A stretch of DNA of 64,000 nt from Lepidodermella squamata (taxonomy: Eukaryota; Animalia; Gastrotricha), in contig JBLDXI010000032.1 in NCBI GenBank assembly GCA_047495785.1, forward strand, positions 3,844,001 through 3,908,000. The letters are read 5' to 3'. This document shows positions 24,164 to 35,695 of the stretch, piece after piece (the stretch's first letter is position 1; each line of letters starts with the position of its first letter). A program made the position numbers and the translations under genes. The notes under the pieces were generated by a model. It saw only the letters and a program-made list of their open reading frames with translations. It did no database searches and was not told the DNA's origin.

Positions 24164-25552
24164 GTGACAACTAATCGCCATAACAAATTCAAATTGTTGG
24201 TTAATGAAAACAGTGACTCAAACAATGACAAGGATGGACGATCAGAGGAGGACGAGGGAAAGGTAAGTGAACAGCCTGCTAAAAGACGTCGCGCAAAAAT
24301 AACCTTAAGTACCCACCAAGCATTCGAGCTTTTTAGAACTATTCTATTTGCTACTCTGAACATTAGAACTGAAAAAGACAAAATCTGGGAAATGGACGAT
24401 GAATTTTCTAGATATCATGTCGTAGCTATTCAAGAACATCGTTTGAAGGGCAGAGGCACTAAACGACTGAGCGGCGGTACTTTGTACTACTGTGGTGTAG
24501 AAGAGGGTTCCAGAGCAAGATCTGGCACTGGGCTCTTTGTTCGAAATTGTAAATTTTTGAAAGTTGCGTCGGTAAATTTTGTAAATGACAGGTTATTGAT
24601 GTCAGTTAGGTTAAAAATTTATAGGGAGACTTTCAGTGTCATAGTGATCTACGCACCTGCTGAAAATGATGTTAAAATACTCGATAAATTTCTAAGCGAA
24701 TTGCAAACTGAATACAACAGGCTATTAACCAAAAGTGGTAAAATTGTGATAATGGGTGATTTTAACGGTCAGGTCAATAGTCAAATAAATTCTAAAATTG
24801 TTGGCGAACATGCAAACAAGTCGGGCAACCCAAAAGGAAACTGCTGGGTTGATTTTGCTGCGAAAGCTGGCAGCTGTTTCGGTGCCCTCAACAAACTGTT
24901 CTGCAATAGGAAACATATCAGCCTTGCAACAAAATTGAAAGTCTTAAAATGTGTCGTAATACCTACCGTCACCTACGCCTGTGAAACATGGAATTTAACT
25001 ACCCAACAGGAAATTAGACTGAATGCTATATTCACGCGTTGGCTAAGGACGATCCTCGGATTGTTCTTGACAGACTATATTCCGAATATTGATATTAGGC
25101 TTATCTGTGACGTCATGGAACTGAGTCGCACGATAGAGAAACTAAGGTTGAAATACTTAGGACATATTATCCGTCAGGACGAATATGACACTGAAAGTCT
25201 TGTGTACAAAATTTATTACTGGAAAGCGGTCGACCCAAGCTGGTTCTTCCCACGGGGAAGACCGCCAACCAGGTGGGTAAATTGTGTTGGACGAAGTTTG
25301 ATAAAAATTGGTATTGCAGAGCACCGCATCATAAGGATACAAAACCCAAATGAACCGAAAAAACGGGGAAGGCCCAGGAAATCGACCTTAAACTTGCGAC
25401 GCACCAAAATCAAAATAATAGCTGATTGGGAATTAGCTGAAATCACAGCTAGAAATCGAGATGAATGGCAGATGGCTTGCCTAACTATAGAAAATTATGA
25501 ATTTTATAATAAAAGCAGGCTGTTCGCGACTGATCCCTCGGACTCGAGCTGA
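24164..25552 (+). CDS. LINE ORF2 derivative: partial APE endonuclease fused in frame to the post-RT C-terminal region
   Basis: TLNIRT, IQEHR, IYAP, MGDFNG, then at about 24860 a direct jump to KAGSCFG...TYACETW, YLGHIIR, PRGRPP; no YADD or other RT motifs; true start uncertain. Confidence 0.8.
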   Translation: MTTNRHNKFKLLVNENSDSNNDKDGRSEEDEGKVSEQPAKRRRAKITLSTHQAFELFRTILFATLNIRTEKDKIWEMDDEFSRYHVVAIQEHRLKGRGTKRLSGGTLYYCGVEEGSRARSGTGLFVRNCKFLKVASVNFVNDRLLMSVRLKIYRETFSVIVIYAPAENDVKILDKFLSELQTEYNRLLTKSGKIVIMGDFNGQVNSQINSKIVGEHANKSGNPKGNCWVDFAAKAGSCFGALNKLFCNRKHISLATKLKVLKCVVIPTVTYACETWNLTTQQEIRLNAIFTRWLRTILGLFLTDYIPNIDIRLICDVMELSRTIEKLRLKYLGHIIRQDEYDTESLVYKIYYWKAVDPSWFFPRGRPPTRWVNCVGRSLIKIGIAEHRIIRIQNPNEPKKRGRPRKSTLNLRRTKIKIIADWELAEITARNRDEWQMACLTIENYEFYNKSRLFATDPSDSS

Positions 25553-26394
25553 TCGCCCGTCGCCGTCCCCAAAACCCGCACGGGTATTTTGGAATTTGTT
25601 GTACTCTTGTTACACTTTTTTAATTCCACTGGAGGACGTAAAATAAATAATTTCATTTGTGGTCATTTGTGGTCAAATTTAATAAAGTTTCTATTTGTTT
25701 TATAACTTTGTCATGAAGTTTTCCGGATGCAAGTTTACCTGCAAGTTTACCAACGTGCACTAAGCCAATAAATTAATCGTTTACAATTTACAATTACCCA
25801 CCCGCTTCTAAATAGGTAATTCCAAGCCGGACCTAACCTAGCTTGTTTCTTATTAAAAGGGTAAAAAAGGGTAAAAATTTGCGAATTGGAAGTGAAGGCG
25901 AAGCAGTAATGGCCAATAACTATAGTTCGGGTCCGACAGCACACCAGGCGGTAACCGCAAAGTGATCTTTCGTCGGGAGGCCCAAAATGTCCCGCCAAAC
26001 TTTCTCGATCAGAACGTGGTGCAGGAGGAACTTCAGCCCTTCCCGAGGGCACTTACGTGTGTTACAGAATTAGTAAAAAGATATTAGCCAGAGGTGGCAT
26101 TCGGGTAACATTCCTCGAGGCCGCGCTGGATAGGCGACTGGCCGCCGACGCTCTTCGGTGGCAAAGCGAGGGTCCATAGATCCATGCTCTATTACGAGAT
26201 TTTCCCGAATGAAACTCCCTAAGCCTCGGCGAACGATACGTCGAGTCTCCACCAAAAGGCAGTTGAAGGGATGGTAGGTCACCCTGACCTGGTTCGGGGA
26301 ACAGCAGCAATTAGACTGAATATTAACACACACACAGAATGATTTATTACAATTTTTCTCTGCTTTTACATCCATCAAGGCGACTGCCGCGCAA

Positions 26395-28095
26395 TGCCGC
26401 CGCCTGCTGACTCCGGCCGAACGCAATTACAGCTCGCTGGACAAGGAGTGCCTTGCGATAGTCTTCGGCTGCGAAAAGAAAAGAGATGTTGCTCGGGCAG
26501 CCATTTGTCATTGAGACCGACTGCCGAGCACTCCTGTGGCTTAATTCGATGAAGACTCCCTCCAAGCGCCTCTTTGGATACATTGAAAAGCTGTCGGGGC
26601 TGGACTTTACTATCGTCCACCGACCGGGTCGTCTCAATTATGCTGATGGCCTATCGCGCAAGATGCCTGATGACGAGTCGCCGCACGCGCCGGCTGTTTT
26701 ACACCTCTCCGCCGCTGTGCTTCAACATCCTTGGTGATGTCATTCCGCCTTTGAAGTGCGACCGTCACCCGCGCCTGTGCTGATTACGCCTCGCTGCCGT
26801 TGCCTTCCCACACCTACGCCTCGCTGGCAGTCGCCGACTCGCTCCGCCTCGTGCCAGCCGACCTCCGTCGCGCTCAGCTCAGCGATCCTAACTACGGCCC
26901 GGTCATCCGCCACCACGAAAACTCGCGCGAACACCCGCTCGATTTGTCTGCCCTCTCGTGGCAGGGAAAGGTACTAGCCAAGCAACTACACGACGTGTCA
27001 ACTGACGACTTTGGCGTTTTTTACATCACCGTTCGGGATCGTGACCTGCCGCGGTTATGCGTCATCTGCCCGTCCGCACTACAACCGGACGTTCTCGCCG
27101 CCGTTCATAACTGTCCGACTGTCGCGCACTGTGGCCGAAACAAGACCCTGGCACGGTGTCGCGACTACTTCTACTTCGTCGGCCGATTTTCGGCTGTTCG
27201 CGACTATTGCCGCCGTTGCCTCATCTGCGCGAGGCGCAAAGCCTCCAACCAGCCATCAACGCAGCCGTTGCGCCCCATCCGTGGTCCCAACGAGCCGTGG
27301 TCGTTGATGGCTATCGAGCTGGTTGGCCCGCTACCGCCCTCGTCGCAGAACCATCGCTGGATTTTGACGGTAATAGACGCGTTTACGAAATTTGCCTTCG
27401 CCGTCCCGCTACGCTCGACTAAGGCGCCTACTATTATCGACGCGCTCGTGCGAATCTTCCACGAGTTCGAGTTGCCGGATGAACTGCTGTCAGACCAGGG
27501 CACAAACGTCGACGGGGCTATGATGCGCGCCTTCTGCGCTGCCCTCGGCATCCGAAAACGCCGCACCACCGCCTACAACCCGCGGGGCAATTCCGTTTTA
27601 GAACGCGCCCATCGTACGATCGCCGACATGCTGCACGCAGTCGTTGCGGAGACAGGCCGCTCGTGGCACCTGTGCATCCCTCAGGTCATGCGCGCCTACC
27701 GCACGGCTCAGCACGAAGCCACCGGCGTTTCCCCGCACGAGGCCGTGTTCGCCATGCCGCCCAAGACCACCCTCAGATTCATGGCTGGCCCGCATGCCGG
27801 CGTAGCTCGCCCCGACGGCAACGTGGCAATGCAAGCCGAGGTCCGATCAAAGCGCCTGCACGAACTCCACCGCGTCGTGCGCTTAGGAATTGACGCGGCT
27901 CAAGAACGACGCCGCCGCATCAACGAAGCCCGCGCCAACCATCACACATTCGCGCCTGGCGACTATTACGTCGGCGTGGAACGCATTGACCAATTCCGCG
28001 CCAAGCTCGACCCGCGCTACGACGGGCCTTACGCAGTCATTTGGTATGACGCGGCGAAGAACGTCTACGGCATCGCCGACCCCGTAGGGCTGTGA
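26395..28095 (+). mobile_element. Ty3/Gypsy pol fragment: RNase H C-terminal part plus integrase
   Basis: AERNYSSLDKECLAIVFG, TDCRALLWL, NYADGLSR; integrase HHCC (VHN..HCG..CLIC), catalytic-core region (AIELVGP, SDQG, LERAH) and GPY motif; frameshifts; no gag, RT or LTR seen. Confidence 0.9.
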
Positions 28096-28239
28096 TTTGT
28101 ACTAATTTCTTGAACGATTTGAGAGTTGAAGAAGTAGTTGAGGTCAACTGGTCAATAATACGTCGAGGACGTGGTGTTCACCTCAAAAATGATCATCAAA
28201 CAGTAATCTGCTGATATCCAAACGACAGAAGCTGGTCGC

Positions 28240-28560
28240 TATTCTCTTGGACTTGAAGGCTGCGTTTGATGTTATTATATGGCACGACGGCCTGCGACTA
28301 AAACTAGTAGTAGTCAAGTGCAAAAGGGACATTTTTGCGGCGTCCCGCAGAGGTCGCCCTTATCCTTTACTGTTTATTTTTATGCCATGGATATCCAGCC
28401 AAAAGGCTCCTCGCCGCAAGATGCTACCAGGACTGTCGCGAAAGGCACCTTCGCCGACCGACGACTCCCTAATCTAGGTCTTCGGCTACTCGATCGCAGC
28501 CAGCGTCGTGATGCTTAGAAAACGCCTAAGCTCAATCGAAGTGTGGTGTAGCCAGTGATG
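28240..28560 (+). mobile_element. Heavily deleted Jockey/I-like LINE RT remnant
   Basis: LDLKAAFDVIIWHDGLRLKL and GVPQRSPLS motifs in different frames. Confidence 0.65.
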
Positions 28561-29314
28561 CCGATTTGCTTTGATTTGATTTAGCTTTTAGTCAAAGCTA
28601 AGCAAAACACTTTGCTTTTTTCAGATTTTTTTTGTCTTATTGGAGCATCTCGCGCCCTAAATTCGGCCACTTGTTGGGTTTTTCCTACTTTTCCATGAGA
28701 CGAGGGATCACATGCTTCTAGCATGAAATCAAGAAACTAATCATTGGCTCAACAAAATGCAAATTTCTTGAGTTGCGTGCAAAAAAACTGCTGCAGCACA
28801 TGCATCACGATGGCCGAGGTCGCAGCGGCCGAATTTGGGATTTCTGCTCTGAAGTTTTAACATTTCTGATTTTCAGTTTCTGAACGTTAAAGACAGACAT
28901 AAAGAAACGTGATGACGCTTGGTTCAAGTTCAAGTTTTTTAAAATTGACATTGAACGCTAAAATCGAATGAACCCAGCCAGGAACATATGCATCTTCGGG
29001 AACCCTCTTGATGCTGAGACGGAGAATCACGGTGCACGCGCCATGGAGCGGCAAGGGTTCCGGCTGAATTCCATGGAACAATCTATCATGTTCTAACCGG
29101 GAGTCTGCTGCCGCTGCCGGCAAGACAGCCCTCAGTCATGTGACATAGATACGTCTCATGCCCTCAGTCGGTTTTGAGTTCTGAAAGCAGCTGAAAGCCT
29201 ATTAGCCCAAGTATCTGCGAGCATAGGTAAGGCATTGAGGATTAGCTTTTATTTTCTGAAACAGTAACATGAAATAAGGCTTCTGGTGGTTGAAGTCTAT
29301 ATAGGTATTAGTGC

Positions 29315-30649
29315 CTATTTGTTATAGACCATTAAATAAAAATAAGCGATATCGGAAATAACGACTGTTGTTCCGCAAAAAAATGCAACGACTAAGTCCC
29401 AGAGTCTAACTAAGGCAAAGTCCCATGATATTGCGAGTCTTTTCACTTGTATGATGACTCGTTTTTCGGTTAGCGTTTTAGCAACTTGGCATGCAACAAG
29501 CATGTAGATCGTTATGAGAAGGCCGACAATAAATTTCGTCACAACCATGAATACAAGATAAACTGGTTCAGCAGTCATTGGAATCAGCTGGTAGATGAAT
29601 TCCAGGGTCACGGCATATGCCAGAACGACAGCCATACCTATAAAGACGTAGAGAAACTAAATGAATAAATAATTAAATATATAAAGATATATACTCAAAT
29701 TCGGCCTATCTAAGCTGCCAGGATCAACAAAGAGGGCTATGAGCTGAACGAGAAATAGCGCCATTGTCGGTAAAAATATGTTGCAAACATAGAAATTTGG
29801 TTTCCTTTGAAATATCGTCGTGAAATAGATTCGGCTGTAGGAAACTTTGGTTCCACTTGGTTGCACATGAGAAGATCTAACCTTGAGACTAACCAAACGC
29901 CAAACCTCGACGTCCTTCAAAAAGTTGTTACCATCACGAGTTGCATCGATTTGAAACGTGTCAGCATAATAGTTGACCATCGAATCGTCAGAATCAAACG
30001 ACAGCGAGCAGTTAAGGCTGTCGAAAGGGAAGTGGCGGAATTGGAACCACTTGCAAGAAGAGTCGAAGCGTTGAAATTGCAGCCAAAAGCCTGGCATGAA
30101 AAGTAATAAATCAATAGTAATGTAATTTAATAAATTGTTTATACCTGACATAACGAAAGGGTAGACCCAGACAGGTATTGCTGCTAGCTCATCACTTGTT
30201 GGGCGGGCCCTATCGTACGGATTGATTTGGACTAATGAGGGGCGCCATACGTTGGACGCAGTCGCTGTGAAATGAAGTTCGGAGTGATTGCAAACTACTC
30301 TGTCGTCATCGCGTATTAGAAGTTGCTCGCATGTGATTGAGGGACAAGGAAAGTCCCAATAATATCGCATTTCCGCGGTAACCGACAAACGCCGTTCGAC
30401 ATCGCTGATTTCGATAAAGTTGTACAGCAAAACTTGAACCGTGACGTTAAGTAGAGCGTCATTTCCGATCAATTTATTGTAACGCAACGTTTCTATCGGA
30501 AGGTAACTTGAACTTGCTGCTGGGCATAAATCGTAGAAGCTGCTGCTTAATCTTTCAATGAAGCTTGTGGCATTGTCTGATCTGGCCACGTCGAGAGAAA
30601 TAAAAGTGAACGCCGAAATTGCTAAAAAATACACCGAGATTTGAGTCAT
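29315..30649 (-). CDS. Atypical Cys-loop ligand-gated ion channel subunit, paralog A (about 407 aa); introns 30091-30144 and 29638-29694
   Basis: Signal peptide, VWRPSL, CKWFQFRHFPFDSLNC, QRKPNFYVCNIFLP, four TM segments; removing the two AT-rich GT-AG introns gives gap-free alignment to paralog B at those sites. Confidence 0.88.
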
Positions 30650-31818
30650 TTCAACTGGAATAGGAAGTGAGTGTTATTACATGTAAAGGCGATACCTGCC
30701 AGGCGTGATTCTTTTATCAACATTCAGCCAGCTTTAGCGGTGGGTAAAAATCGATCGATTGCAGGGATGAGTGATTTGAATTTTGTTTGATCTGTGTTTG
30801 CATGGGATGGTACAGCACCTTACCCCAACGCTGTATTTCTCTTTGGATTTAATTTTTGACAATGCGTTCTATCGATTATTTTTCCTTCGAATGTTTGCAT
30901 ATGTCGTACCGTTTTAGGCGATCCTCCCAAAAGGCAATTGGGATAATCCATGAGGCAATAGGCCCAAGATGGAGATATAAGATATCGCTAAGGACAATAA
31001 TTGACAGTATCTAGAAACACCGAATATTTTTCCTCCTGTAGCCTAAAAAGGTTGCTCGCTGATTAAATTTCTAACTCAGTGGGTTGATAGAGATATAATA
31101 AAGCTTTCGCGAAGTTCAAGCGCCAAAAACCGACTAATAGATCATAATTGGCAGCAGGAACTTTTGCTGAACCTTCAAGGTTCAAGATAATGATCCTAGT
31201 TCCGACTGATTAATTTCGTCATCTGAAGCAATTGATCAGTCAAAAAAGTAAACCCAACCCCCTATAGTTCACATCAATCCAATCTCATGGAGCTTGAAAG
31301 AGTCTCTAGGATCAACTTCTGTGGAAAAAAGGAATCTGAAAATTCAAGCAAGGGGAACCACATACTAGAACTGGGGAACCAGAAATGAAACTGCTAGGGT
31401 TGACATCCTTTAAGAATATTTAAATTAGAGTATTATTTGAAATTACCAGCCATTAATGCCAAAAATGACAGTAAGTTGAGAATAAATTGAAAGTACCACG
31501 ATTATCTGTCATCGATGTATCGTTTTAGGAAATAATTATTTTGGGAATTAATAATTTGCTTAAAAAGTGGATTTTTAGAGCAATTGCAATTGCCAATTGG
31601 GGCGGATTGCTCATAACGGTACGACACATATTAGGCTGTATGGGAACAATTTATTAAAAACAATCACGCCTCATTAATTACAGTTTAAAGTAATTTTTTA
31701 TTGGATCAATTATAAGTATTTGACCATTTTCAATAAAAAACAACAGCTTTAAGAATACGCTCAAATCTCGTGCGATAACATCCTTGAGAGAAATAACGTT
31801 ATTCCCTTCAAGATCTCA

Positions 31819-33057
31819 TCAATTTACTGACGTAGTTCCTGAAGTCATAAGGCAAATATAAACAATGTCAGAGACTAATACAGTGATTCCACAGAACAAG
31901 GCGACCAACAAGTCCAGCAATTTAGGCATCGGCAATTCCCAATAGAATGAAATACAACTAAAAACGATTCTGACTTGATTGTCGTAAAATTTTGCAAGTT
32001 GACAAGCAAATATTGTGTATACGGTTATAACCGCTCCGCAGACGAATTTCGTCACCACCATGTAGACCACATAAACAGGCTCGGCCGTCATCGGGATCGA
32101 ATCGTAAATCATGGATAATATTACAGAGTAGGCTAACAATACGGTCATGCTCAAATTCGGCCGATCCAAACTGTCTGCACCCACTAGAAGAGCTGCGAGT
32201 TGAATGACGAACAGCGAAATTGTCGGTAGGAAGATGTTGCAGATGTAAAAGTCGGGTTTACGGCGATAATGCATAGTAAGAAGTATCCGGCTAACAAATT
32301 TCCCACTACCCGACGGGCTCTCGATGCCACTCTCTGCCGTAGTAAGCTTCATCAAAGACCAAACTTCGATATCTTTGATGTAATTATTTCCTGCCCGGCC
32401 TATATCAATTTTGAACTGATCAAGTTTATAAACTACCATGTTGTCTTCAGCTTCAAACGCAATAGAGCAAACAAGGTGGTCAAACGGGAATCTGCTGTAT
32501 TCGAAGCCTTTGCAAATAGAGTCGAATCTATCGAAGTAAAAAAATGTCGCTCGAAGGTGTAGCGGATCCACCCAAATCGGCATAGAAATCAACTCGTCAC
32601 CGGTGAGACGCGATCTTTCGTAAGCATTAATATGAACAAGATAAGGTGTCCAAATTTCAGCGGGAGAAGCGGTAAAATGGAAAGATGGCCCATTGCAGAG
32701 AAGGCGATCGGTCCCTGGCAATAACTCGTCGCAAGTGAATTCCTGGCATGGGTAATTCCATGAGTATTCAATAACGGCTATAACTGAAATCCGCCTGTCA
32801 ACATCGCTGATCTCGACGAAACGGTAGAGCAGCCCTGATACGTTTACGCTGAGAGACGTGTTGAAGCCTTGAAGGCGGTTGAAATGAGATGTCTCGATAG
32901 GGAGATACTTCGAACTCGCTGCTGGGCACAATTCGAAAAATTTCGTTTGCAACCTTTGAAATACTGTCTTATTGTTGTCAGTTGAGCGATCATCGATCTG
33001 TGCTGAAGTAAAAGCTGTCGTGAAGAAAACAGTGTAGATGATGTACGTCAAACGCAT
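31819..33057 (-). CDS. Atypical Cys-loop ligand-gated ion channel subunit, paralog B (412 aa), single coding exon
   Basis: Signal peptide, IWTPYL, CKGFEYSRFPFDHLVC, RRKPDFYICNIFLP, M2 DRPNLSMTVLLAY, M3 and M4. Confidence 0.9.
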   Translation of the reverse strand: MRLTYIIYTVFFTTAFTSAQIDDRSTDNNKTVFQRLQTKFFELCPAASSKYLPIETSHFNRLQGFNTSLSVNVSGLLYRFVEISDVDRRISVIAVIEYSWNYPCQEFTCDELLPGTDRLLCNGPSFHFTASPAEIWTPYLVHINAYERSRLTGDELISMPIWVDPLHLRATFFYFDRFDSICKGFEYSRFPFDHLVCSIAFEAEDNMVVYKLDQFKIDIGRAGNNYIKDIEVWSLMKLTTAESGIESPSGSGKFVSRILLTMHYRRKPDFYICNIFLPTISLFVIQLAALLVGADSLDRPNLSMTVLLAYSVILSMIYDSIPMTAEPVYVVYMVVTKFVCGAVITVYTIFACQLAKFYDNQVRIVFSCISFYWELPMPKLLDLLVALFCGITVLVSDIVYICLMTSGTTSVN

Positions 33058-33387
33058 TTTGCAGTTCAATTTAAAAAATAATAAGGAGGATGCTCTTCGT
33101 CTGCCCACAAGCATTTCGCATCTCTGTATTTCAAAACGTATGAGGCATACCATCGTTCATTTTTACTTCCGCTCATTTGTTTACCGATGATTGTTTGACA
33201 TTCAACGCAATAATGTGAAATGTTTTATCGGTTTGACGTCAGAGAGTCGATTATACTATATGATACGCTGGGAGTGATATTTCTCGACCGAGCTTTATTG
33301 GGAACGTGACATTCGATTGATCGCCTCCAAAAATAATTCAAAAATCATCACAAATAAATAGTATTTCATGTGCGTTTCATCGTAGAT

Positions 33388-35606
33388 TCACCAAATCGGG
33401 CGAAGGCGTTCAATCGATCTTTGATAGGTTAGAGACGAAGGTTCCTGCATGTCATTGATTGAAAATCGATCGTTTTCATTTAAACCGCACGGTTGCCACA
33501 GCTCATTGGAGCGCTCGTGAAACCATCGTGTCACCACTGATATTGAAAAGGAGTGATTATTCACAAATGCCTAACATTTGACTTTACCCCATTTGTTGCC
33601 GACTAAAATCGGACAAGCGCCATGCAACGTTTCTTCGTCGACCTCGCCTGATTTAAGCAGATTATACCACATCACCGCCGAGCCTTTGACCGCGTTAACC
33701 TTGACCCCAGCATACGGAAATACAGTTCCACCGCCAGCGGGCACGTCGGTCATCTGGAAATCTTACGATTCAACAAGATCGTTCAGTAACGGCGAGCAAA
33801 CACTAACGTAAAACAGCAAGGTGCCGATGCGATTTCCGATTTCAGGACCCCAGCCAGACGCATCAAAAGATCTCTGTTTCCACAATTTAGATCGAGTCAA
33901 CCGAATCAAATTAAAAAATTACCGCGTAGTCGTAATGAGGAACGTAGTGGCCACCGATTCCTGTTCAGAGCATAGAATTTCAGCAACCTCGAAGGAAACC
34001 AAAATGCTTATTTTACCATAGTTGGCAACTTGGAAACTTTCGCCTGCATCTTGGTTAAGTTGCGTGATTGCGTTGATGCGAGAGTACAGATTTTTCAGGG
34101 TATCATTGAAGTTATCCCTAGCTTCATCGTCGCTGACCCAAGCTCTGGAACCTCGCGAGTTAGGAAATATAAATCAACCTGAAGTTTCCACTCACATTTG
34201 AGTCACCCTGTAATCCTTTCCACCCTGGCCAAAAACACCAGCTCGTTCCATCTGAAGACGAAAATTTATTGACACCGAGATTGATGATATTTAATTGCGA
34301 CAAACCTTGGGACGAGCGATAGTAACCAGCGCCTCAATTTCTCGGTCAGTAATCACGTCGTAGTAAACAAATACCCACGGCTTTATGCTGATTGTCTCCC
34401 TTTTGATTGGCCCGATTAGAAGTCGCGGGTCATTGTTTGTCGCATAATCGCAGGATAGTTTATGGGCTTCATGAACTTTCTGTTGTTGAAGATAGAATTG
34501 AAACAAATTTCGCACGAAGAAATTTTCGAACCATTATCTGCTCTCCACGGCAAAGAGCTTCAAATTCGGAGATTGTATAGTCGCGATCAACGCCATGGGG
34601 TGTCAACAACTGAGCCTCTGCTGCGTCTACCTTCAGTTTTTCCGCTTCTTCTTTGTTCTCAGGTTCAGCTAATCGCAAATAATCTGCAAGGTTAGCAGCC
34701 GCTCGCGTGTTCTCAGGTTCGAGATCCAACAGCTCCCTTGTCCGTTCGATTGCTTTTTCCAAGTTCCCAAGCTGGCAATAATTTCTAAATGTCTAGAAAT
34801 TTCTTTCAGTCTATTAAGAGTTCAAACCTTGTAATGAGAAAAGGCCATGTAGTCCAGTATGGTAGCTCGGCGAAGGTTCGCAGAGTAAGGTTCACGGTTC
34901 AGCCGATTTAGTGCCTCCTCCATCCACATGACCGAATGATGATGATCATTGTTTGAATAGGCAAGAACGCCAATATCGAAGCAGTCCTTTACTGAAAGTT
35001 TGCTGCTGTTAGTTTTGAGGCCAGGTAGGCGGCCATCAGCAAAGTCGGCCGGGCTGATCAAGTAAGTATCTTGAAGGCGAAACAACGCCACAGTAGAGCC
35101 CGTCAAGTCCTCCGCAGTTGGCAGTTGCTTTTCATACGGCTTCAGTTTCTCCAAAGTGTCTAAAACCATCACCTTTAACCAAAATATCTTACCTTTTCTA
35201 GTCAATAAAGGTACCTTCGACAGTCAGCATGTTTGGCATGAGCATTAAATAATCGAGTTGATCACGGCGGTGGCGCTTGACAAGTTTGAAAACGTTGACA
35301 GGATCTGCCAAAAAGTCGAGCAGCTTGTCGTCGGAGATCATAGACTCGGCTTCAAGTTCTGCTATATGCCTTTGTTTCGATAATTTCAATGCAATCATCT
35401 CGATAGGAATAATTTCGAACTAACCTTTCCAACTTGGCCAGTCGAAGTTCTTCAGTTGCGATGAACTCCCGAAGCTCTTTAGCCATTCCTTTTTGAGCAG
35501 AAAATATGCCTCGAAAAGCATCCATGGACGTGAATAATTCAGAGCTCATCGCCGAGCCGAACAAGCACAATAATGAGATTATCAAATAACTACTCATTTT
35601 TACCAT
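33388..35606 (-). CDS. P4HA: Prolyl 4-hydroxylase alpha subunit paralog D, 10 introns of 49-56 nt
   Basis: ELFTS, RLQDTY, LDYMAFS, NYGIGGHYVPHYD, GNRIGTLLFY, LHGACP, NKW; introns 35370-35424, 35160-35214, 34772-34827, 34480-34531, 34252-34305, 34145-34195, 33961-34016, 33874-33922, 33754-33807, 33537-33587. Confidence 0.92.
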
Positions 35607-35695
35607 ATAATGCTAAAAAAAGAGACAAAATGATAGAAAGATTCAGCTTCATAAATAATTTAACCGGACATCGCATCAAAAAAGTTCAGACGCGA

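Larger units (their letters stand above)
23109..25674 (+). mobile_element. Internally deleted (RT-less) two-ORF RTE-like LINE with 11-bp target-site duplication
   Basis: AAATTTAATAA at 23098-23108 and 25675-25685; AATAAA plus (TCATTTGTGG)x2 tail at the 3' end; ORF1 and fused EN/C-terminal ORF2 inside. Confidence 0.85.

Noticed and set aside
23154-25552. Domesticated host gene as fifth member of the plus-strand block
   Set aside because: Perfect TSD and tail indicate a recent insertion
28650-28840. Short inverted pair AAATTCGGCC / GGCCGAATTT as a MITE
   Set aside because: Only about 10 bp of match and no TSD recognised
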